Positions 50,280 through 62,374 of a stretch of 64,000 nt of DNA are shown one piece after another; the stretch's first letter is position 1; every line of letters starts with the position of its first letter. Below the pieces are notes generated by a model. It was not told the DNA's origin. It was given only the letters and a program-made list of their open reading frames with translations, and ran no database searches. Location: assembly GCF_963676685.1 (NCBI RefSeq), contig NC_092352.1:80228001-80292000 (forward strand), read 5' to 3'. A program made the translations under genes and the position numbers. This DNA comes from Mytilus edulis (lineage: Eukaryota).

Positions 50280-52060
50280 TGCAGACGAAATTCTAAAAAA
50301 GAAATGTTAAATATAAATCCCAATCACCTCCTGGATTGGCGACATAGCCATAGGTTAATGGACTATTAACGATTTGAATGATAAAAGACTTCGAAAAAAG
50401 TTATGGAAGATAGACGAGACCGGATTATGGTAATATCTGTTTGCAATATTTTTAAATGATTGCAGCTGCATCTTTATTAAATCAGTTAATGAGGTTTATG
50501 ACAGCATTCCGTGACACAAATTAGTTATATTGAAAAATTTGCCTTTACGAAAGATCACTTTATTTATTTCTTCCACTGGGAACTGGATGATGTGAACCTT
50601 TCTTAATATGTATTCAAAATACTGCATTTTTTCCATTTTTGTTTTTGTTTTTGTCATATGTATGAGAACTTATATATAACCATAATGAAGAATACAAACA
50701 TTAAAATACCAGGATTGAATTTTGTACGCTAGATTTTATACCTGTTTTACCTGTTTACTTCCTTACTGTTCTTAACTTCTGGAATTAAATATTCTAAAAT
50801 AAAGAAAAGATCTAAAACAGAATGAAAGGAGATAGCATCATCATTTGAAATTGAGAATTGAAATGGGGAATGTGTCAAGGAGACAACAACCCGACCAAAA
50901 GCAGCAAACAGCCTATTTTTTTTTCTTGGAGTTGCGCCCCTTTGAACTTATTTGCTTCAATGTACTACTGCAACAGTTTGTCATCGCAACTCCTTTGATA
51001 CCACACAACGAAATTTCATGAAACCTTTTTAGATAATAAGGACATACTATGTAGATGTACATATCGACAGGAAATTACGGTTCATTTTTTTCTAGGAGTT
51101 ACAGCCCTTTGAACTTATTTGCTTTAATGTACTACTGCAACAGTTTGTCATCGCAACTCCTCTGAAACCGCACAACATAATTTCATGAAACTGCGAGATA
51201 ATAAAGACATACTATATAGATATGCATATTGACAGGAAATTATGATTTAATTTTATTTTCTTATACATTTTTTTTCTTACACATATTTTATTTCTCCAAT
51301 AACAATGTGGTGACGTGGGGTATGTGAGCGAGCTCACTAAGGTTCTTTAATTTTGAATGTTTTTATGACATGGCAAGTTTCAGATTGTAAATTGAAAAAT
51401 GTGTACCTGTGTTTCGAAACGTTCTTGTTTGGTAAACTATAAAAGAAATTAAAAAAAAATGATAAATATAAGTCCCAATCACTTCTGGATTGGCGACAGA
51501 GCCATAGGTTAATGAACTATTAACGATTTGAATGATAAAAGACTCTGAAAAAGTTACGGATAATAGACGAGACGGGATTATGGTAATATCTGTTAGCAAT
51601 ATCTTTAAATGATTGCATGCGCAGCTGCATCATATATAAATAATTTGATGAGGTTTATGACAGCATTCCGTGACACAAATTAGTTATATCAAAAAAGTTT
51701 GCCTTTTCAGAAGATCACTTTATTTATTTATACCACTGGGAACTAGATGATGGGAACCTTTCTTAATAAGTATTCAATTTATAAATTGATACCATGGATT
51801 TCCTCTTTTTTTGTCATATGTATGAGAACTTATATATTACCTTAATGAAGAATACAAAAATACCAGGATTGAATTGTGTACGCTAAATTGTATGCCTGTT
51901 AACTTCCTTACTGTTCTTAACTCCTGGAATTAAATATCCTAAAATAAAAAAATCCTTCTAAAACAGAATGAAAAGAGATAGCATAATCATTTAAAATTGA
52001 GTATTGAAATGGAGAATGTGTCAAAGAGACAACAATCCGACCAAAAGCAGCAAGCAGCCT
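50280..52060. repeat. Direct duplication ~50280-50914 vs ~51430-52060, separated by a HINE fragment
   Basis: CCCAATCAC..GGATTGGCGACA.AGCCATAGGTTAATG through AAAGCAGCAA.CAGCCTA occur in both copies. Confidence 0.85.
50915..51348 (+). mobile_element. 5'-truncated HINE-like element with two ~168-bp repeats and a 3' hairpin
   Basis: CCCTTTGAACTTATTTGCTT.AATGTACTACTGCAACAGTTTGTCATCGCAACTCCT occurs twice. Hairpin GTGAGCGAGCTCAC at 51324-51337. Confidence 0.75.
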
Positions 52061-53075
52061 AAGGCCACCAATGGGTCTTCAACATAGCGAGAAAATCCCT
52101 CACCCAGAGGCGGGCTTCAGCTGACCCCTAAACAAAAATGTGTACTTGTTCAGTGAAAATAGAAGTCACACTAAACTATAAAGTATATACATGAACTAAA
52201 ATTAAAAATCATACAAGATTAACAAAGGCCAGAGCTCCTAACTTGGGACAGGCGCAAACATGTTTGGTGAGATGTTTAACTTCATGTTTTGTAATAAAAA
52301 TGATGTCTTTTCACTTAATAATTCAAAGACGTGCTACTATGTTGAACGCACTTATCCCATCGAACTTTAAAGAAACAGCTGTAGGCAAAATATATTGACT
52401 TAAAGTTGAGGGTCGGTTGATAACAACACTTTTAAACAAAAGACATCATTTCAGCTACCGAATTGTGAATTGTTCATTTCTATGTAGCAACCTTCTAGCA
52501 AAGCCTGCATTTGGAGTATATATTGTGGTAGCATTTCCTATAGTGATTTTTCCTGTTAGAGGTTTGTTGCTTTTAAGTTATCTTGAGTCTAGTTTCACGG
52601 ATGACGACGGAAATGTTCCAATTGTCGTTACCACAATGGCGTCCTATTTTTTTATCTACGAATAAGACTCAGCATAACATTTATACTAATATGAGCACCA
52701 TAACGGATGCCACATATGCTGCTTGCCATTCCTGAGCATCTAAGTTCACACCACGTAAGTTTATGTAATTATTTAGTTCTTAATTATCAATATCATGTTT
52801 AGTAGACTGTAGTTTGTCATTTGGTCGTTTTTCTTTTGCCATGCCATTGTACTGTACTATAGAAATGAGGAGATGTTGAAAACAATTCAATTAAGAAATA
52901 TAACGGCCTAATTTTTAACAAAACAATTTACGAAAAACAAATCTGACAGACATGAACCAACGACAACCACTGATAAAGTACAGGCTTCGGACTTGGAACA
53001 GGCACATACAGAATGTGTGGGGTTAAGTTCGTTTGTGACTTATGAGTTTGAATGTCCTGTTGGCATCTTTTGTCT
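51992..53075. mobile_element. Cluster of PLE fragments: family C tail (-, 51992-52280), family A-like (+, 52330-52850), family B (-, 52880-53035)
   Basis: Matches to 25651-25950, 1360-2030 and 9260-9420 respectively. Partial twister P4 hairpins at ~52237-52253 and 52989-53003. Confidence 0.7.
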
Positions 53076-53627
53076 CTCGAGTTTTTTTTTTTTTTAGATA
53101 TTGTTAATTAATCAACTTACACATTTATAGCTAAGGAAATTCGTCTCCTTTTAATATAGGTGACTAATTGACAAATTTATGCCTTTTCCTCCACAAGGAA
53201 ATTTTGCCATCACCAAGTTTCCAGAATTTTTTTTTATTTTATTTACCAAATGTATCTTTAAAAGTTCAGTGCAGTATTCCCAAAAGAAAATAATAAAACA
53301 TCATAATGCCATTTTTTAATATACTGGTTTGGTAAAACCTGTTTAATCAGCAATTCCTAATCACAAACAAAAAGTCAAAATAGGAAGGTTGATAAAATCA
53401 GAACATGCAGAGAGAACGAAAAGTAAAACCAAAGCATCACAACTTACCTTATTTTTTCGGACAGAACATCCATCTTATTCAGAAGGCATAGTCAAAATCT
53501 GGTTGTTAAAATTGAAAACAAAAGGCTGTCAGATTGACAGCAAACCGCATTTTCCTCCATGAAAATTATATTTTCAAAGGTGGACTCCGAAACAGAATGA
53601 AGTAAAAACATAAATGATTTGTTGTCG

Positions 53628-54470
53628 GGTTCAGAAATGGAAAGGCTCAAATAAATCTGAGTATTACTTTTCGATACCTTAAGGGCTACAACAAAACAAA
53701 GATGAAAGTCAAATTCATGAAAAGAGAACTTGACATTCATTCAGTCATAGGAAACAGCAATATATAAATTTGAAAAGATAGGGTTCAGAAATGGAAAGGC
53801 CAAAATTAATCCAAGTATTACATTTCGCTACTTAAAGGTATACACCACAACATGGATAAAAGCTAAAATCAGGAAAAGATCACATGATCATCATTTAATC
53901 ACAGGGAACAAAATATCTAAATTTGAAAAGATTTCGTCAGAGCGTTATCAGTAATTGCACGGACAAAAGTCTGAGGTTCACTTTTGTTACTTAAATGTCT
54001 ACAACTCAACAACAATAAAAGCTAAAAGCGTGAAACGTGAGTTTGACCACCATAAAGTTAGGAAAACAATATTTATATTTAAACAATGTTAAATTTTACA
54101 CGATTTCTTAAAAGCGTTTTCAAGTTAGAGACAACACTCTAAGTATCACATTTCGCTACTTAAAGGTCTCTACATCTCAAAGTTGATAAAAGCTCAAATC
54201 TTGAAAATAAAACTTGTTCGTCATTCAGTCACAGGAAACAACATATTTAAATTTGAAAAGATTTCTTCAAAGGGATTTCAAGTTATTGCGCGGATAGCGC
54301 TCAAAGTGTCACTTTTCGCTACTTTAAAGTGTACAACAATTCAACAACTCAACAACGATAAAAGCGAAGATCGTGAAAATCGACCTTGATCTTCATTTAG
54401 TCACAGGAACAACATATTTAAATTTAAAAAGATTTCGTCAAATAGTTTTTAATTTAATAAACGGACACTG
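53628..54470. repeat. Degenerate tandem array of ~155-170-bp units (5-6 copies), satellite or Helentron-type
   Basis: Recurrent TTTCGCTACTTAAAG, GATAAAAGC, CATTYAGTCACAGGAA, and AAATTTRAAAAGAT near 53767, 53919, 54249 and 54420. Confidence 0.8.
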
Positions 54471-54734
54471 CATGCACTGTTTAGCAGCCGATGCAACCTT
54501 ACATCACAAAACCAATAACCTATATTTTCTTTCGAAAATCCGGTTAAAACTGTTTAATCTTGTTGTATATTTATTGTTGATTGTTATAATTGAAATATTT
54601 CTTTAAACGTGTTTAAAGCTATTTTCTACTAAAAGTTAAAGCCATCCAGCTGACATGATAATAAGCCTTAAAGCAAAATATGTGTCGTTCTAAAAGACTG
54701 ATTAATATAACAATAACTGTATCAATTAACTGCA

Positions 54735-54772
54735 GCAGATGCGCATTTCAACAACTAATGTATTTTCAGTGA
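54735..54772 (-). ncRNA. Degenerate type I hammerhead-like motif, second family
   Basis: UCA CUGAAAA UACA UUAGU UGUU GAAA UGCGCA UC UGC. Palindromic stem III AUGCGCAU. Confidence 0.5.
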
Positions 54773-55692
54773 TTGTCGAACCCATAAACATAGTACACAC
54801 GTTAAAGAGCTAACATAACTAAAATTAAAGCAATACCCGGACAAAAATTTACGAGCGAGGGCGATATATTTCTGCATCAAAACATATGAGCAATGATTGT
54901 TTGTGTAGCAGACAAACCTCAATAACATTATATAGTTGTAGAATGACTTTTAAGACATTTTACTATAAAATTCAACGATATTTCTTTTTCAAAAAAGTTA
55001 GCTTCAAGTTCCTGTAAATTAATCAATTGACGCAGATGCTCTGGAATAATCACGGTAAATGTAGTCGTCTATGTTTTGCCAAACAAGTGTAAGATTTAGC
55101 GAGCTATAAGACCAGCGCATCTGCTGCAGTTAATTGCAGTTCACATTACTATAAGACGTGTCACGGTACTTATCTATCCCAAATTCATGTATTTGGTTTT
55201 GATGTTATATTTGTTATTCTCATATGATTTTGTCTAATGCTTAGTCCGTTTCTGTGTGTGTTACATTTTAATGTTGTGTCGTTGTCCTCCTCTTATATTT
55301 AATGCGTTTCCCTCAGTTTTAGTTTGTTACCCCGATTTTGTTTTTTGTCCATTGATTTATGAGTTTTGAACAGCGGTATACTACAGTTGCCTTTATTAAC
55401 TTCTTAAATCAAGTTACTTATATGACAGTTGTTTTTAATTCATTTCATTAGTTGATAAAGTCGACTGTTTGGTTTGTCAGTATTTATGGACTTTTTGGAA
55501 CAGCCCAGTCCTCCTGTATCATTATAATGTCTAAGACCATATTGATGTATCATTGACACCCAATTTCTCATCATTCAAGGTATATATATTTAAAGTATCA
55601 TCAGTCGTATTTGGCTCATATCAAATCGGATTCTAAATAATGGTAATGCGCGATTCGATTCAAATGGTTCTGTAAAAATGAAGCATTCTGTG

Positions 55693-55732
55693 CATCCGTA
55701 CCGCTTTTCTGGATTAGCCTTCATCAGGAATG
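55693..55732 (-). ncRNA. Degenerate minimal type I hammerhead-like motif, third family
   Basis: CAUUC CUGAUGA AGGCUAAUCCA GAAA AGCGGU AC GGAUG. Stem I CAUUC/GGAUG. The cleavage triplet is altered. Confidence 0.5.
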
Positions 55733-56485
55733 TTCAAAGCCGAATGTTTGAAAGCCAAGGATGTGACAGAACCGAACAGATGCAGAGGTTTATAATTAAT
55801 CAGGTTTAAGCTCGATCCTTAAAATTGTTCTTGATGTTCTAGATAATGTATGAAGACGAGTCAAACAGCGGTTATATCTTGTAAGAATTCAATTGAAAGT
55901 ATTTGAGACTTATGTGTCTCTGTAATATCAGAGTTCCATTGTTTTTACTGTTCCTTTTAATGGCAAACTTTGATCTAGCCATTAACATGATAAACTATCG
56001 AAGGAAGTAAACATCATTGACAAAGAAATTCTGATATTAAAACTCATCAAAAAGTTAAAAACAAACGGTTTCTTAGAGATAAGGTATATAACTGTATAGT
56101 ATTTACCTACACATTCGTTATGCAGTTTGGTTCAGTTACAGACAACCTTTAAAACCCTGGCTATGTGATACGCTTCAGCGAAGACTATATCAATTTAGCA
56201 TCCAAATCGCACCTCCGAGTTCCACACATGTGGATATTATACGCTTCTGTGTTGTTCCATTATTTGTTATACGTTGATAAAACATCTAACATTACGAAAA
56301 TTTATTCCGAATATTTACGAATTTAATCAAATAAATCCATTATTCATCCTAAAGATACGGACCTCATTTCAATTAGTTGGAAACACCACACCTCGATGAT
56401 ATAATAATACAAACCAAAATGCTGTCATTCTGGGTTCGTTTTTGAATAGATTCCTTTTAACTACAGTGTTTAAATCATAATGATG

Positions 56486-56562
56486 TTGGTTTACGATATT
56501 CAAAAATAGATTTTGGTTTACGATATTTAAAACTAGATTTTGGTTGATGATATTTTAAAAAT
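56486..56562. repeat. 27-bp minisatellite, ~3 copies
   Basis: Repeats of TTGGTTTACGATATTYAAAAMTAGATT. Confidence 0.7.
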
Positions 56563-58305
56563 ACTAAATTTGACAAAAGCATGAGGAGTAACTGTATTTT
56601 TATTTCAGAGGTTGATAGCTACAACCATAAGTTTTTGATTGCATTAGCGTTGTTGTACAAGAAAAAAATATTTCATCACACATTTACTCTCCAACATTTT
56701 TTTATGCAACTAGTGGTTAAAGAATCCTTCATATACTGCTTTGTAGTTTCTCTAGCAACTAAAAATATATCTGCATAATAAAGAAATAACTAGTGATGAA
56801 CATGTATTGTCAATAAAATAAATTCAATACAACACAAGTATTTGTTTTGAAAGGAAACTGAGTCAGCCTAAATTTAGTCTCCGTGGACAGATTCTGTCTT
56901 TTCAAAATATTTACTAAGATAATAAGCAAAACGAGAAATGGATTGTAATTGTAGTATAAAGACACCAACTGCTTTAGTTGTCGATTAATGTTTTCATTTA
57001 TATTAGCTTGTTCGGAGATATTGTTGTGTTGTCATAATCTGTATATACAAACACTTAAAAAATTGTTATTGAATATTAATTTGTATAAATATTCGTCAAT
57101 CACGCATGCACTGTATTCTTCATCATTGAAGCCTTGTTGACCCCAAAGAAGAAGAAGAAATGAGTGTTCACGATATAAGTTAAACACAAAAACCAAACAT
57201 AAGGTAAGCTTTTACCCAATGAATTATTTTCTTGAAAGTTTGTATTGTGATTTCAGGTTATTTTTTAATATTTATGGTTATTACTTTTAACATACAATTG
57301 ATTAGTAACCTTTATCGCTTAAAAAATACTTTATATTGTTTTTTGTATACTGTATTTTTCATTTTTGGTCGGGTTGGACAAAGTCCAAATGAGGCTTTTA
57401 GTATAGTCATGTTGGGCGGGAGGGGAATTGTGCGTACCTTATTTATGTAATCAACTCTTTCTTAAGAACTTTGTAATGGTTTTAACAGGTATATAAGGTT
57501 TGCATTTTGAGTAATTCATTTTTTTTTAGTTTTCAACCCAGATCTCTGAAAAAACACAGGCAGATTGTACACCTGCTAATATGGAATCATATAATTGATA
57601 TTTTTTTCCAGTCGTTTTTAGCATTTGGAACTTTTATTTTATCAGCAAAATTTTGTCAAAAATATTGCAACCCCGGCCATTTGAGATTTGACCAATGTGT
57701 ATCTATCAATATAACGTTATGTTGTTATATAGTATCCAATTTGTTACTCTACCGAAGGAGTTATGCGTTCAACAAGTTCAAATTATCATAAATGTCAACA
57801 TTTACATAGTTTCACCCCATTATACTTAAAACATTAACGCAACTCATCCACGCATCCCTATTGTTTGTTGAACTTGACAATGATTTAGTGTTTTGGGAGC
57901 TTTTCTTCAATTTCAAGGAATAGTTGTTTTTTGTTTATATATTTGTAGAATATTTGATACGTCTGATCTCATCAGGGTCTCCTAAAATATTTGTTAAATC
58001 ATTGATTTCATTCCAGATCCAGTGAAACTTCAGTTTTCATGTTTTGTTTAATTGTGCAATAACCTGTTTCTCCGTTAAACGTTTCTTCGGATTTGGTTTA
58101 CTAGTAGAATATTACAATACTTTAATAGGGTTTTCTTAATAATTGTTTTCCCCAAGAGAGGATTGTATGGAAAAATCAGAATTAGAGGAATAATAATGAT
58201 TTCAAATCAGATACACAATTTGATCTTTGTTTACATAACACTATAAACATAGTGTTGTCAATTTCCTATTAAGAATAGCGATGATAAGTTCAATGTAAAG
58301 TCCTT

Positions 58306-58757
58306 GGATGGTGTAAACTTCCCACTAACACCATACACCATTACACCATACACCATACACCATTACACCATACACCATACACCATTACACCATTACACCA
58401 TACACCATTACACCATACACGTTACACCTTTGCACCATACACCTTACATATTACACCATACACCATTCCTCATTCTATCTACACGATCCGAAATTACACA
58501 TTATGCAATTAAATTTCAAATATTAAGATTATTTTTATAGTTTATGTTTACAATCCGAAAAATTAAAATAACAATAACTTCGTTTTCAACCAATGAAATG
58601 TTGTACACCGTTCATTCACACCATTCCCGATCGCACGTTACACAATAACACCATTCCTTATACACCATTACACCATTCCCCTTACACCATACACCATAGC
58701 ACCATACACCATACACCATTACACCATACACGTTTTTTGGGGAAGTTTACACCATCC
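58306..58757. mobile_element. MITE with perfect 18-bp TIRs and internal (TACACCA/TACACCAT)n arrays
   Basis: GGATGGTGTAAACTTCCC (58306-58323) and GGGAAGTTTACACCATCC (58740-58757). Flanks AAGTCCTT and ATGTCTTT match at 6 of 8 positions (possible TSD). Confidence 0.85.
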
Positions 58758-58985
58758 ATGTCTTTAAGTATGGGATACCAATATTCTTTAATTGCCCGGG
58801 TATAGGTGAACCATAAACATTGAATTTTGTTGAACATTTTCAACAAAATACAAATATGATATACGCCTGTATGCAGATTTTGAAAAAAACCACGAAATCA
58901 AATATCGACAATTTTTTTTTGCATTCATGAACAAAATTAATATCCACGAAAACAAAGTCCACAGCAATATGTCTTTTATTATATA

Positions 58986-59780
58986 TGTAGGAATTTAAAA
59001 TGCAATGGGGACGCCATGATCATGATAGTACGATGGTCACGCTAAAATGCGATGGTCTGCGCTAAAGTTCGATTCCTCCATACGCTTGAAGTCCGATGGT
59101 CCACGAAAACATAGACATTAGAAACATAGTTGGATTATGACATTAACAGTCGTTTATACAAACCAAAACTAAATATACCGAAAGATAAAGGTATAATAAA
59201 GGTACAAGTTTTTTGAAGCGTAAATTATAAATTGTCCGCTTAAACAGTTTGTACAGTGTAGGACAATACAACCTGTATTTTCACTCGTTTCGAAAAAGTA
59301 GAAAGCTCGGATAAAATTGCATTTTTCTCGCATTTTAATTAAAGCTTGTACAAATAAATGTCAATAATTCCGACAATGAAGGAAGGAGGTTATGTGGTTA
59401 TTGAAAGACTTTGTAAGCGGCAAGCTATACCAATTTTTCAAATATTTAATACGTCCGATTGTTAAAAATTCATTTAACAGGAAATATAGTATTTTGGGAC
59501 ATTTAAATTACCCTTTTAACAATTATTACTTGGTCGGTCTTTTACATTTAGAAAAAATCACTTAAGACTACCCGTAAATTACAAAGCCTATCATATATGT
59601 TATACCTTAGCATACTAGCTTTTGCAAAAAGACTATTTTTTTAAATCCATGTATTTTATCGTTTTAATCCCTCGAACCTTACCCTATGGGTCAATTGTAC
59701 TTTAGCATGATGTATCATTGTGCTTTAGCAAACCAGCAACCTTCGCACTTAAGAGTACCATCGCACTTTAGAGTCCTACA
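58986..59780. mobile_element. Non-autonomous TIR element with TGT...ACA ends inserted in (TA)n
   Basis: TGTAGGAATTTAAAATGCAATGG vs reverse-complemented right end TGTAGGACTCTAAAGTGCGATGG. TATA on both sides. Subterminal CGATGG repeats. Confidence 0.8.
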
Positions 59781-62229
59781 TATATATATATATATATATA
59801 ATATTATTACAATCACTGAAAGTGTTTGTATTTCTGATGTACCGTATTGATATTCGGTAAATATATACTCTTACAAAATATAAAGATCTAAGAAATCAGT
59901 TATAGACGATGCACGTATCTAAAGCTGTTTGGTGATAAATTATTTGATTTGTCAAAGAATAAGTATATTTCCTCTTTAGTCCATGATAAATAATCTCTTG
60001 TGTCTGAACGGCTCAGATAGCGGTTTCTTTTTGTTTGTTTGAATATATGAATAGTATCCCATCCCCTTTTGTTAACCGGCAGCATGACTTTGGGGTGTTT
60101 TTATGCAAAATAGAAAAAAATCAGTATATGTAAGAAAATATGTAATAAAAATCTGCATGACACTTTTGCATATTATATAAATGGAGTTGTATATACACCC
60201 TCAAGAACCAAACGTAATTTATTGGGAAAAAAACATGTATATATATAACACTACTAATCAGTTTCTTTCATAAATAAAAGCACAGGTTACAAGTTTTTAG
60301 TACATTTCTAATGCTAGTGTTGATTTTTTCAAAATAAAATTGATCAAATATTCTTGTCAAGGACAATGCAACTGTTTTTTGTTTTCATGTACATCAAAAG
60401 AATGAAATAGCAGGTTAGGATTCTACGACCTGATGAATTGGAAAAGAGATGATTGGAATTAACTTTAAACCTTCTCACTGCAGTATTACAATGTAATCTG
60501 TTAAAAACAGACCAGAAATTTTAATGGCTTAATTGATTCCTGCTTTATCAGACTGAGCGTAAAATCAAACTAGCAGAGAAAAGTTATATATCAAATTCAA
60601 AACTCAGTTGGATCTTTATTTACTTAATATCAAACATGTATCCGTCTGTTAAACTCTTGATACAAATATATACTTATACAATTATACGGTTGGAAGTTGA
60701 TTTTAATTGGAATTTATTCACTTGCATCATTGTAAATGTTTCCAATTTGTGACAACACTGGTAGGGATAAACCAATTTCTCATTCAAATTATCAATACAT
60801 ATGCATTTTGTAAATGTATGGAACTTATTTCTGCGCGAAAAGAACGATATTATAAAATTGTGATATTCTGTATCTAGTTATTTCGAAAAATATTAAGACT
60901 CCATTAACATGAATTGATTGAGTAGTGTTATTGCAACTTCCGGCACTTTTGTACTATTTCTTGAGATCTGTTTTTATTTATTTATTAATGAAACCCTCAT
61001 TTATACTCTGAGGGGTTGAATGCATATATAAACAATACAATACAAATATATACACAATGCAAACATTATAAAATATTAAACATCATACATATATCGATAG
61101 TAACAACAAAATAATAATAGTTTACTTTAACAAATTGTGACTTGGATGTATAGTTGTCTCATTGGCACTCATACCACATCTTCTTATATCTATATCATGT
61201 ATATATTAAACATTTAGTAACACCAAACAAAGACGGATGTTTATACAGTTTACTTTAATTTAATTTGACTTTCGTTACTCCAAATGTATAAACTACGGTT
61301 GTATAATTAAATCTTCTACAGAGTTGAGTACTTTATAATATAAATTTGTGTTTTGGACTATTTTTGACAAGTCTTTTATTTTCCCCTTTGAATTAAGTGT
61401 TCGTATCATAATACTGGTTAGCTTTTTGTATGATTTGTGATCATGAACTTTTAGGTATTACATAAAACAATTCAAATACATATTCACGCTCAGCACCCTC
61501 AATTTAATTTACCTAAGCATTTACGTTTAAGCGCTTCATTTTAAATGGATCTGTGTGTACATGGTTGAAAAACAGTAAGGATTATATTTCGTCAAAATTA
61601 TCTTCTTATTACGCAAACTGATTTTCAATCGTGACAAGAGAAGCCATTATTGGGATGACGCGCTATAAATTTAGCTGTTGCAAATCGATAAATTTATCAA
61701 CACGGTTTCATAAAGATCCTTATTTAACAGTTTTAACGTTTTTTTAAATGTATCTGCTAGCTATAAAGCATCATTTTAATGTACTTTTATGCCTTTTGTC
61801 AACGTAAAACTATTGTTTGATTGGTTGTCAGAAGGGATTTTCAAAAGTTCAAAAAACAATAAATATCACACATACAACAATTGTTTTTAAAGAATTATGC
61901 ACAAAAACTACAAGAGGTAAAATTTGTCTTAAGTTTTCACATGTGTTGTAGCACAAACTTTTTTTGTTAAACTCTGTTGTAACGACTCATTAGAAAAGTA
62001 TACTTGACCCATATATTTCAGTTTTTGAAACAGAGATGTTTTAATGTTATTATGTCAACATGTAGACAAAATATATAAAAATAATAGAATCTGAGGAGAA
62101 GTGATAAATTAAATATTTTTCATTTTTGTTAATTTACAAAAATAAAATTCAAGACTCAATAGTCAACTTAAAACACGACTCAGCGTAACAAGGTGAACAT
62201 GACTTCCTCAATCTTCTTTTAATTTGAGT

Positions 62230-62365
62230 TGCTTAATGCTCTTCAACTTTGTACTACATTTGGCCTTTTATACTTTTTTTGAGTCGAGTGTCACTAATGA
62301 GTCTTTTGTAGGCGGGACGCGCGTCTGGTTTACTAAATTGCTATCATGGTATATATGATGTGTTT
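62230..62365 (+). mobile_element. Retrozyme-like repeat fragment with a mutated hammerhead (62288-62328)
   Basis: GUGUCA CUAAUGA GUCUUUUGUAGGC GGGA CGCGCG UC UGGU. Confidence 0.7.
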
Positions 62366-62374
62366 TCTTACCAA

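Noticed and set aside
51363-51599. Possible duplicated exon with a CTAACAG acceptor
   Set aside because: No recognisable product and a weak donor. It cannot be supported without transcripts.
53628-54470. CRISPR-like array or coding repeat
   Set aside because: Eukaryotic context, whole units are degenerate copies without unique spacers, and there is no continuous ORF.
58304-58805. His/Thr/Pro-rich ORFs
   Set aside because: Translations of the MITE's internal repeat.
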